Source: Phoronis australis (taxonomy: Eukaryota > Animalia > Phoronida). Taken from it: a stretch of 33,989 nucleotides of DNA. This document shows positions 23,381 to 33,989 of this stretch, in pieces. Each line of letters starts with the position of its first letter. Position 1 is the stretch's first letter. The translations under genes and the position numbers were made by a program. The notes below the pieces were generated by a model. The model had not been told where the DNA came from, searched no databases, and saw nothing but the letters and a program-made list of their open reading frames with translations. The DNA lies in the NCBI GenBank assembly GCA_002633005.1, contig NMRA01001255.1, forward strand, positions 1 through 33,989. The letters run 5' to 3'.

Positions 23381-24443
23381 CGATATCGTAACTCTAGCGA
23401 TAGATTTACTAGAGTTACTAAGAATATCGATAGAGTTAATAAGTCTTTCGATAGAGATAGAAAGTCGATCGACAGCGATAGTAAGTCTATCGATGGAATT
23501 AGTAACTCTATCGATAGAGTTAGTAAGTCTATCAATAGAGATAGTAAGTCTATCTTTGAGTAAGTAAGCCTATTAACAGAGATAGTAAGTCTATCTATAG
23601 AGATAATAAGTCTATCGATAGAGTTGTAACTCTATTCATAGCGATACTAAGTCTATAGATGAAGTTAGTAAGTCTCTTGATACAGTTAGTACGTCTACCA
23701 ATAGAGATACTAAGTCTATCGATAGAGTTACTAAATCTATCGATAGAGATATTAGGTCTGTCTATAGAACTAGTAAGTGTATCGATAGAGAAAGAAAGTC
23801 TATCGATAGAGTTAGTTAGTCCACCAATAGAGTTAGTAAGTCTATCAATAGAGATATTAACCCTATCGACAGAGTTAATAAGTCTATCGATAGAGTTAGT
23901 AAGTATGTTGATAGAATTAATGTATATCGATAGAGATAGTAAGTCTATCGATAGAGTTAGTAAGTCTATTGATAGAGATAGTAAGTCCATCGATAGAGTT
24001 AGTAAGTCTATCGATAGAGTAATTTAGTCTATCGATAGAGTTGATAATTCTACCGACAGAGGTAGTAAATCCCTCAAAAACGATAGTAAGTGTATCGATA
24101 GAGTTAGTAAGTTTATCAATATAGGTACGAAGTCTATCGATAGAGTTAGTATACCTATCAATAGAGATAATAACCCTATCGACAGAATTAATAAGTGTAT
24201 CGATAGAGTTAGTTAGTCTCTTGATGGAGATAGCAAGTCCACCGATAGAGTTAGTAAACCTATCGATAGAGATATTAACCCTATCGACAGAGTTGATAAG
24301 TGTATCGATAGAGTTAGTAAGTCTATTGATGGAGATAGTAAGTCCATCGACAGTGTTAATAAATCTATCGATAGAGTTTGTAAGTCTATCAATAGAAATA
24401 GTAAGTGTATCGATAGAGATGGTAAGTCTATCGATAGAGTTAG
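23381..24443. repeat. 21-bp minisatellite, consensus AGTAAGTCTATCGATAGAG(T/A)T, about 50 units
   Basis: Clear 21-nt periodicity. The consensus unit contains the 12-bp palindrome TCTATCGATAGA, and GAGTTA/GAGATA variants often alternate. This array explains the LSIELVS/SIDR heptad ORFs. Confidence 0.97.
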
Positions 24444-25097
24444 CAACGGAGAAAAAAGTTGTTGTGCCGTCCTTTTACAGCCACCGTAGGGTCAAGCACT
24501 GCATGTATACAACTACATGCACATGCAAAAAAAGACTTTAAACTTTCTCTTCCAAGAAATGCTTTAGAAAGCTTCATTTCACTGCTGTTAAGCTGTCATT
24601 GTCGTCCTATTATCAGAAACGTTTTGGTGTTTTGAAACAAGACCACGCTCGTCTTATCTTGGATTGTGAACTCAAATCACCATCAATGCATACATGCATC
24701 GTTTTCGAAACCGCATTTTCAAGGTTTCCAAACCCCAATAATCTCTGAAACGTTTTTGATTGGTTGATTTGTTACGATATTCTCGTTGGTAGCGGAAATA
24801 AATTTCCAACGCGGTAAGAATTATTCTGAGACCGGCTTGACGAGAATGAAAGTCCTAATTCAATTTTTAGCCAACTATACCGTAGGACGAAATGCAGTTT
24901 TAAATTTGAAGTGTTACCAAATTTTTCCACGTCGGATCCTAGACCAGACTCACGTTCTGTAGACGTAACAAACTCACGAAAACGCAAAACTTCGCAAGAT
25001 ATCGCCAGACGGTACAAGGATTGCACGTGATCACTTTCAATTTATTGCGAAACACTTGGGGAACATGGCCCAGAGCACTGACAGTTTTTGTTCTCAC

Positions 25098-25179
25098 CTC
25101 CGTCTCCGCCATCTACCGACAGCGCCTGGAGGCAGCCCACAGCCAGCATCAACACAAGGAATACCACGACGCACTTCAT
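25098..25179 (-). CDS. Exon 2 coding part: signal peptide plus start of propeptide, MKCVVVFLVLMLAVGCLQA-LSVDGGDG (phase-1 end)
   Basis: Acceptor TTTCAG| at 25193, exon starts 25192, ATG at 25179. There are 82 coding nt (27 codons + 1) ending GAG|GTGAGA. The N-terminus has a basic residue, a hydrophobic core and a small-residue cleavage site (LQA), typical of a signal peptide. GC content is higher than in the flanks. Confidence 0.85.
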
Positions 25180-25940
25180 CACTTCTAGTTTTCTGAAATA
25201 CAGTCTCAGACCAAGTTGATACAAGTATATAAAAGGAGAAACAAGTACATGCATATGAGATTAAAACAAACTGTGAATAAGCCATAGTAAATCTTTCTCT
25301 CATCTATATAACAATTACCCTTCCGTATTATCTGCAAACACTGTGTCCCATAGGTTTCTAAAAAACAGTGCAGGTGGCCTGATGTCATTTTGGGTGCATC
25401 AGATGTGCGCAGGCCTCATGGTTGGACCCATTGCTAAGAACCGTTAAAGAATCAAGTATCTTCACGCGTCTCTGCGAATTACCTTAAACTCCATGTTGTG
25501 AATTGCAGATTTTGAATTTATACTGGTGACAATAAAAAAGTAAAGCCCCCCCCCGAGCCTGTTTCGTTTTGCTCCAACACTGCTCTTCTTTGTCTACAGT
25601 ATTGTTTTACGATATTTGTTTTACATCGTGTGTTGGTGCAACGAGCTGACACTTCCACATGTATACTAATATTTAATCCAGAATCACAGGTTTTCACATT
25701 TTACAAAACAAATTCTTCGTTTTGATAAAGACAAGTGAATTGTTGCATGACCAGTACGCGGCACCCTATTGAACGGCTCTCTTATATTCACTGCGTTACA
25801 AAGCGTCGTCTTATTACTTTGAGAAACGATCTTCCTCCTAATGGGACCTTCGTCCTTTCTAACGAGTTTTAACGAACTGGTAGTGTTACTGGCTAGCCTA
25901 AAACTATGCAGCCGTACGCAGTGAACATTAAATTACTTAC

Positions 25941-25972
25941 CTGCTTAATCACCAGTGCTGTGTATGCAGTAT
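25941..25972 (-). other. Exon 1 (non-coding 5'UTR) of the defensin-like gene
   Basis: Starts at the Inr, contains no ATG and ends in AAGCAG|GTAAGT. The intron (25940-25193) ends at TATTTCAG, just before the signal-peptide exon. Confidence 0.7.
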
Positions 25973-26090
25973 GGAGCAATCCTTAAACTATGCTCGTTTT
26001 TATAGCCCTTTAAGTCCCTCCTCCACCTTTTGATTGGTGGATATTTGGAACATCACTTCTAGTCTGGGTAATGCATTGTTTAACCAATCA
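25968..26090 (-). promoter_or_regulatory. Pol II core promoter of the defensin-like gene (CCAAT box, TATA box, initiator)
   Basis: Minus strand reads CCAAT (26037-26033), then TATAAAAA (26004-25997), then CCATACT matching the Inr consensus YYANWYY with the A at 25972, 32 nt from the TATA T. A second, oppositely oriented CCAAT is at 26084-26088. A perfect CAG|GTAAGT donor follows at 25941/25940. Confidence 0.75.
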
Positions 26091-26714
26091 TACATCATAT
26101 TCTTGTCTTGAATGATTGATCATTTCCATGACGTTATGTTTTCGTAAAGTTTGCCTCTGGTTCAAGCCTGTCACCCAAGCGAAAACCCACCTACATGCTG
26201 TATTGTCAAACGTATGCGCTTAGCTGCAAATCGTTCATGTGTGGGACTACAGCATAAGCTGCAGTATATACATGTACATGTACTGTACAAGTAAGTCGGC
26301 CATGTTCAGAGATAGCTTTATTGGGTTTGTCGTTTGGGACACTTGGCGCACCGAAATAAATAAGTAATTACAAGCTGGTTCAAACTGCATCAAGAGTAGG
26401 AAAGTTTGTGGTAATTACTGATACAAAATTGGCTATCTATTGAAAATAAAGATTTTATATGACCTCGTTCATTTTGGAAAGCGTATAAACCTATCATTTC
26501 TTTATAGTGGTTTATGCTTTGAAGCGGCAAGAATAAAACGACCTGTCATTCAGAGGGCGCGTTGTGTGTTGTGGCTATTCATATTCTATGCACCTTACAG
26601 TCCGTTAGGTGCAAGCGAGTTGGGTGATTCTTATTTTGTTTTATAAATCTGTTTTGGAAAATCTCGGGGAAAATTTTGATTTATCGAAGATTCTGCCAAT
26701 TTTGAAATGTGTAT

Positions 26715-28122
26715 AGACCCTATTCACGCCGACAGGAGGCGCGTTCCAAAACGAGGCTCGCTACGATAGCTCTGTTAGCTTATCGTCATAGGAGTCTGTG
26801 TTTCAGTCCGTGTTGTTCCCCGAACGGCTAGAAAAAATACGGACACGCTTCACAATCTCTAAAGACGTTGCCATACGCCGACGAAGCAAAATATGTCCGT
26901 GTAAAATAAATGTTTTGGAAAAGTTAGATCATATTTTGTCGCGTCTCGGTCAGTTGTCAAGCATCATAGTAACGACTGGAGAATGGGCCAGCCAGGTTGT
27001 ATTTTCATGACAACGGATTTAGGGGGGGGGNNNNNNCCCTCTCAAAAATATTGAAATATCACGCGAAATTCCCCCCACGAGGCACAAAAATTCCCCTAGT
27101 GAAAAATCTCTCTGAGTTCACATAACCTGTAACCACACAGGTGACAATTTTTAAGAGCACAAAAGGCTACTTTAAAATGAGACAGAGCCTATGAGAGCTT
27201 GCAACAGGGCGGGGGTGCTATTGATGGTGATCGGGAGGTAGACTGTTCCCGCCCTCACTCGGCGAAAAAATCGCCTCTCAGTAGGCACTAGCAACGTGGG
27301 CCTTTCCCCTCGGATGAACGAGGTTTCTACAGAAACATGATAACTATGATTTCATTGTCCAGTTAACTGAAATTGAGTTCTAAAACGAGGTTACGTTTTG
27401 GACGAACGAATTAGGTATTTTAATTTTAAAATTCAACTTGGTCCAAATTGATACTTGAAATCTAACACATGAAATAGACGTAAGAATTATTACAACCAAG
27501 AAAGCAGAATTGATGGTCAAATAATTTTTATTTTCAATTACGATTCTGGTTTATTATTTTAATAAAAATATATCTAATAACATCAATTATTCTTTCAGAT
27601 CAATGACAAATCAACTGTTAGTCCCAGGGAGTGCATAGGATCAAGCTATGCTTGATTTTAATATTCTTGATCAACAAATTAAACCAGATGTGACTAATTG
27701 CACATGACAGCCACCACTGTCGAATATGTCTTCAACTCGTCAACAATACGAGCAGATGACCTGGTCCGCGTAGAAAGTATTTTGATCAACATTTTACAAG
27801 AAAAAAGTAACCTGCATTCAGCATAATACCTAATCCGTAACACTACGATCGCCGCAATTTGGTCATATTTACTTTTCATGTTTCGAACCTAGTTTTCCGA
27901 GAAAAATTAAACCCTTTCGTCAGACAATTCTTTGACGCCTTAACTTGTTCTCTAATGTAATTTTCTACGTCTGTGTGGTTTAATTGTTGACACATTATTA
28001 AATTCAATATCCAGGTTGGACTCGAAAGACCGGCTATTTAACTCACGCAATGTCTACTTTCGCTTTGTTTATCGCAGTCAGCCTCGCTTTGGATTTTAAT
28101 GTCTGCCGCGTGAATAGAGTCT
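26715..28122. mobile_element. Non-autonomous TIR DNA transposon, ISL2EU/PIF-Harbinger-like
   Basis: TIRs AGACCCTATTCACGC (26715-26729) and GCGTGAATAGAGTCT (28108-28122) match at 14/15 and are each flanked by AT (26713-14, 28123-24), consistent with an AT TSD. No intact ORF. It contains an N gap at 27031-27036. Confidence 0.65.
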
Positions 28123-29934
28123 ATAAGAACCTTTTTTCAGTGAAATTTTTAAGGTTGAATTTCGGAGAGTCTATAGTAGGTGTTCTTGTCGGCCGGAATA
28201 ATCACCGAAATCCAGATAACAGAAGACACGTCACAGCCGCTTTGACGTCTAATTCGGGCTGATGACTTAAACATTATTAAGCAGAAATTGAAATATTTTC
28301 ATTCAGTTCATTTCAAAAAGTTTATAATTTGCGAATGCATTAGTCACGATAATGATTTTTTTCCAACTAAGTGCAAGCACTTTCCACATTTTTCAGAGAA
28401 TAGCTTGGTTGAGACTTCAGCCAGGTCCAACATACTTGACCGTCAGGGTGGTCAAGATGATCACCATGGTTTTACTCGGCCGCATTTCTGCTAGTGTCTC
28501 AAGCAGATTCCGTCCAGGACGGAAAATTTTTACATCAATGAGCTTTAACACCACACAAAGACGTTAGTTGGCTTCAAATAGCTGGAAGCCATTTCCTAGC
28601 ATAGACCCACGCTGAGTTTATCGAGCTTAACTAACAACTTTTAGGTTAATGTGGGACCTACGTGTAATGGACAAAGCTTTGTATTTAGCAAATATTTACA
28701 AATCTATGACTGTAACATGGTGAAAACATTTATTTTCTGAACAAAGAAAGGCCACGAATTTTGTTATTCCATACTCGTTAAATCTGTCGAGGAAAATACG
28801 GCCATGTATTAAAGTTTTCCGTACATGTATTCACCTCCCGCACTACTTCAACAGTGACCTCTGACATACGGAAAGTTCAAAAGGTAGGTCAATGTCGACT
28901 CGACGTCTTCAGCCGGTTCGATCATCAAACTTTCAGAATATAGTTTAAAGAAATTCACTTGCAGTAGTGTAACTAGCACTCGACATGCAACCAGGTTCTA
29001 AAAGTAAATTCTGGAGCAAAACTGTTAATTATAAGACACTTATGTCTCAGTTTTCAATTGCTGAATACTTTATCGTCTGCAACTCAGGCGACGATTCCTA
29101 GGAAATTACAATATCAGATATTGTTGTTTTTTAACTCTTTCCAGATGTTACAAGTTCACTGCACAGTTGCCGTTGTTTTCATCCCTTTTACCCCTTTTCA
29201 AGAAACAAATCATTACTTTTAAATCTGTTTCTTTTACAAGAAAAAACTTGCAACCTAACGTGCAAGTACATACATATAGGATGTGATCCGCCATGTGAAC
29301 AGTCTGGGTCAAGTATTTAAAAAATCTGCCGAAAAAATGTAAGAAAATTAGGAATTCGAAGCATATGGGATAAATACAAAATTCGATCTCGGTCGATACG
29401 CGGAATAATGTCTCGTGGGATACTACTTCATGTACGCCACTCTCGGTACGTTTTGTATTTATATTTGACTTTGTACCGATGTTTGGTAATTGGGTCACGT
29501 GACAATATTCTTTTAATAGAATTTAGTAAAAGGTTCCATTTGGTGGTCCTTACCGATTTCTATCAGCAATTTGTTACAACAATGTTTGCTTAATAAGAAT
29601 TATCGGGTAAACATTCACGTAACTGAGATGCTGATCGAAAATATTTAGCCACTTCCGACAACTTGTCAAACTATATGTTAGGAGAGGTCTTCAACAAGGC
29701 ATTTTGAGATTTAAAATCAAGACAAAGAAGTAGCCCTTAGTTTCGCCATGTTTGCTCTGTAAGTGTACATGAAATGTTTACTAACATATGACTTGAGGTA
29801 ACTTCGAAAAATACTTCTTTATTTATTTGCGTAGCTAAGAATTCACTGTTACACCATTATACATTGATCATATCATTAAATCCTTCTTAATAAAATCATC
29901 AAAATCAACCCTACTTGATAATGTCAAGGCTTCG

Positions 29935-30240
29935 CGTACACGTGTACCGAACACTTGACGGTACAACATTGCGATCATTAATCAAAGTGTCAAAAAACCT
30001 GCAACCAATTTTGTAATAAAATGTAATTTGTGCACTTATACGTACACGTGTACCGTGTACGAGACGGTTGACAAACAAGAATGCGATCAGAAATTAATGT
30101 GTCATACATGTATAACGTTAAGGCCCGTGCCGGCACAACTGCTCAGGGTAATAAATTGAAATTGTGTTGTTAAAAGTGCAGGTGTACCGTATACGTGACG
30201 GTACTCCAACAGCAATATGATCATCAATTAAAGTGGCGTA
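29935..30240. repeat. Three diverged tandem units of ~105-135 bp
   Basis: GTGTACCG...GACGGT...GATCA...AAAGTG recurs at ~29935, ~30041 and ~30180. Confidence 0.65.
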
Positions 30241-32196
30241 GAAAGTAAAAACTAAATTGTGTAATTCAAAGTGGTTCTCTGCTACTGAAACAAAAGTCTA
30301 GCCAGCCAGCTAGCTCATGGAGATGTCGTCAAAATACAGGTACATGTAGGTACCCCAGGTGTTCAGTGCTATCAGACCTCGAAATTACACACGGCCAGGG
30401 TAGTTCTGCTTGTGAGCTCGCCGTGAAGCGTGCATCAACATGTACAGCTAAAGACCAGCGGGCTGCATGCAAAATCTGGGAGTCAATCAACTCTCACCTT
30501 GCCAGTTTCAGTGAAAATAGTCTATTAAATGTCATTTTCTAGCGTACTTCTCCGCCTTTTGTAAAAATGAAAAGTACGTCGAGGTTTTGAAAACAGTGCG
30601 CTCGTGACACGCGCACGTGCCATTTCTTAAAATTTTACTAAATCTATCGGGAGATGATGACAACTTCAAATCAGAAAAATTTGATCTGAATTTCAGTTTG
30701 TTGATAATAAACAGGGACGTAGGAAGTTGGGGGGGGGTGGGTTTGACCCCCCAAAAATTTTCGGACATGAAGGTTAAGCCGTGGCAACCGACATAAGCGT
30801 TAGGTCGAGAACAGTCGAGGAAAGAAAGACTGCGAAATACGTATAAGAGAGAAGATTCTAAGAGAACATTTAACAACTCTGTATCAGTGCATAGTTTAAA
30901 ATTTGAGGACCCTGGCCAGGATATTGTTGTTAGGGTCTCCGCTTTTGCAGCGTAGGTCGTCTAAACGCACTTGAAAACTTGCACCGAAGCAAACACATAC
31001 ATTTTGAAAATTCGAGAAAACTTTTAAAGCGAAGCTTTTGCGTAGCGTATTAATATACAGGATTTTTAAATTCAGTATGTCAGTTTTGCGAACGCAAAAG
31101 TATATTTTTCCAGAGGCACCTCTGAGGCAAGGGATAACGGAGATAACTCGCTTTATTTCTTTTCTCGAAAGTGTATATCACTGTAGAAAAATTGATGATC
31201 TGACAGATAACATCAAATGCTACGAATTTCTTGATTATTGAAAATATAGATATTTTCATAATTAGGGGCCCCGCCCTTCAAGGAGGACTTTAATGACATT
31301 CAACTGGCCACCATTTGTGTGCTTTTATTGACAAATTCTTAAAGCGCCGCTCACGCAGAGAGTGCCCAATGTTGAAATAGATTACCTGAGTCTATTTTCC
31401 TGTTTTTGTGAAGTCGTGCGACCAGCTTTCATGTTGAAGGAGGTCACCTCCTGTATCGTTTTGGGATCGCACGACCATGGAATGAACTGTCACTTTTTTC
31501 CAAGCTTTATTATGTTTATCCTTTAATCTTAAAGTGTCCATTTCAGACGGCATCCTCTCTCGGTGGAGCAGTTGGGGGAAATGTCCCTTTGTCCCTCTAT
31601 ACATGTAAATAAGACAATGCCAAGTATTCACGAGAGAAGTTGATATTCCAAACTCATAAAAACCAAAAAAATTCGTGTACAGCACAGCAGGATCAAGACA
31701 TTTGACCCAACAAAATGCGAAAAGATAGGATAGGATTGTTTGCCATCGAAAGGATTGGAATTTTGAGGAACGTGAAGACCACTGTTTGTGAATTACACAA
31801 AAGGACTACTTCCGATGGTTAGTTACAAAATAATGTTACCGTTTCCCAAAATATCACAAGGATAGTATTTCGTTTGAAGATTGTTACTGTGAGTTGTTTG
31901 TGAGGAATTCCCACACGTGGAAGACACTGCTGTCTAATCTACTATTTGTGATGACCGTGCACATGTCGAATGGGAGGTACTCAAAGAACTCTGGCAATCA
32001 TAAACACAGGTTTCAGCGGTTTTTTGTCAGTGGAGTTCAAGTTTACCTCGTGAACCGTTATAGATACCTCAGCAATGCGCAAAAATACGTCTTAATACGA
32101 ATGTCTCATCTCTCATGTTCCCTTGGCTACCCGTTAAAACTCTGTGAGCAAGCACGCGGAAATTGCTTATTACTTTCTGTTTTGATAAACAGATTC

Positions 32197-32900
32197 GTTG
32201 GTTTCTGATTTACTTGTTTATGTATCTACGAAAATCGATAGAATCATAGATGATTTTTGGCAATTAGAAGCTAATATTTTAAAAAATGACTATGTTTCAG
32301 TGAATTTAGTTGAAGCCTGAATATGCCAAAATAGTAAAGTGCACTTGGACGCTTCTTGTCTATCTAAAATAACTCTCAAAGACATTGATGGAATTGGGAC
32401 AATTCCCAAAAATTTGCAATTCAAATGGCAATAAATGCATTGTTTTTACTTTGTTACAAGATTTGTGGTTTAAACTCACTAACAGGGGATCAAAAATGAA
32501 TTAAGTCATTAAAACATGGTAAATGTATTACACATGGATTCTATTGTTGGTTTCTGAATTACATGTATCAAGGAAAAAGAGCTGATTTGCTGATGATTTT
32601 TTTAAATAGAAGCTAATCTTGTAAGAAATAACAATACTTCAACGAAATTAGTTGCAAGCAGACATTGGGAAAATTCGATCTATCATCAGATTCCCAAATA
32701 TAAAAGTGCACTAAACAATTTGATTTGTCTATCTGAAAGAAGTCTCAACGATATTAACGAATCATCGGATAGCTCTACAAAGTGTCCTAATTTTTCTCAC
32801 AATTCAAATGACAATAAACTGTTTATTGACTTAGGGAAATACAGTAGATTAGCGGGTTTAATTTCACAAACCGTAGATTGTAGAAGTTAAAGTACTTAAA
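32197..32900. repeat. Old ~350-bp tandem duplication (two units)
   Basis: GTTGGTTTCTGA, GATGATTTTT, TAGAAGCTAAT, AAAGTGCACT, TTGTCTATCT and CAATTCAAATG.CAATAAA each occur twice in the same order, about 350 bp apart. Confidence 0.75.
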
Positions 32901-33084
32901 TAAATAAAATCAAACTTATTGCTCATCAACTGGGAAATGTTCTCTTTGCACTTCCTTGATGTTGTTAGTTTCCAATAGTATTGCGCAATGATATCTCTTT
33001 AAAACTGACTCATTTGCTTTCCATTCCTGTGCATACTACATACACGGAGCACGTGATAACTGACGTACCACGATAAAAATAAGG

Positions 33085-33720
33085 TGTACAACTGTGCAGT
33101 TGTCTGCGCAGAATATCAGTGACCCACGGGAGCTGAATTTGAGTTCCAGGCATTGAAGTGTGTACATTTTTTGGGAAACACTCTGTATCATTTCCCCCAG
33201 CCACAAGAAAGTTAATTACCGGCTATGTTTCATCAAGGGATTTTGAAACGGCCACAAAAGCATTCATACCAGGGACTTCGGGACCTCACCTTTCCAAAAA
33301 GTCCTTCAAAGAAAGGCCATGATAAAATGAAGTTTTCCCGAAACTTGATCATAATAAAACGGACCTTGACCTTAGATCCACCGCGGAGGAATACGTACAT
33401 GTACGAGCTAAGCTGCCTGTCTCAAGTGAATCATACCTGAGCTGACTAGCTCTAGCTCATCGAATCCACTGTTGGAACCCAGCTACCCGTCAGGGCGCTG
33501 GCCCTAGACCCATTCTTATACTCCGTGAAATTTTGTTGGTTCACGGTTACTCAAATACTGATGGTTGCATCTCAGGTAATATCTCCCAACCCACCTATGG
33601 AGAACGGTGGGGGGCGTACAAATATGGTGACATCCAGAGAACGGGGGAGGGTTGTGGCGATAGGAAGGAGGTAAGTTGGCGAGGTCGATTTGGTTTGGGC
33701 CCCCCAATATTTTTTACCTT
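33085..33720 (+). repeat. Old dispersed repeat (~650 bp), second copy
   Basis: Reverse-complement match to 7255-7925. Confidence 0.85.
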
Positions 33721-33989
33721 CCTACGGGCCTGCCATACTCGCGGAAATTAATTGTGTACAGTTTATAACTAGAAATCGTCTGGTCTTCAGAGCACTTATG
33801 AGTAAAACATTGACAAATACATGTACATAATATAGAATCAGAGGCCCCAAAAATACATCCAAAATGAGTTTGGCATCATTCAAAATACCATCTTTATTTC
33901 TCATGTAAGATTGCATCGTGTTGTGCAGTTAAGAGTTTCTGAATCTCGTACCCGTTATTTTTCACAAAGCCACGTTTCACAACCACAAT

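Noticed and set aside
23334-24541. Leucine-zipper-like ORFs (LSIELVS / SIDRL heptads) and CRISPR-like periodic palindromes
   Set aside because: They are translations of a 21-bp satellite open on both strands. The units are contiguous with no unique spacers, no cas genes are present, and the context is eukaryotic.
25042-25254. 70-aa single-exon ORF with tail ENKNCQCSGPC
   Set aside because: The N-terminal part lies upstream of an acceptor and the tail lies after a GAG|GTGAGA donor. Only 25179-25098 is taken as coding, although intron retention cannot be formally excluded.
28250-28312. Hammerhead-like CTGATGA-CTTAA..TTAAG-CA-GAAA
   Set aside because: Stem I does not pair, stem II has a 2-nt offset, and no PLE is nearby.

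Overview
AT-rich (~39% GC), repeat-rich animal genomic DNA; dispersed TACATG runs, a Penelope-like element and SINEs suggest an invertebrate, probably marine. Most ORF-track entries are noise. The main feature is one the ORF track misses: a spliced minus-strand gene spanning ~15 kb that encodes a small secreted cationic CS-alpha-beta (cis-defensin) prepropeptide. It has a CCAAT/TATA/Inr promoter (~25970-26040), a non-coding exon 1 (25941-25972), a signal-peptide exon (25098-25192), a 129-nt furin-site plus 6-Cys mature-peptide exon present twice (15447-15575 and 12362-12490) and a probable terminal exon with AATAAA (10664 to ~10585). The two mature-peptide exons lie in a duplication joined at a single N, probably two uncollapsed haplotypes. 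They differ at 17/129 nt (14 non-synonymous) while the flanking intron differs only a few percent, which points to diversifying selection. The introns and flanks carry a 5'-truncated Penelope-like retroelement in (TA)n, a 21-bp palindromic satellite, tRNA-derived SINEs, two TIR elements, a decayed L1/Tx1-like endonuclease remnant and several old dispersed or tandem repeats.
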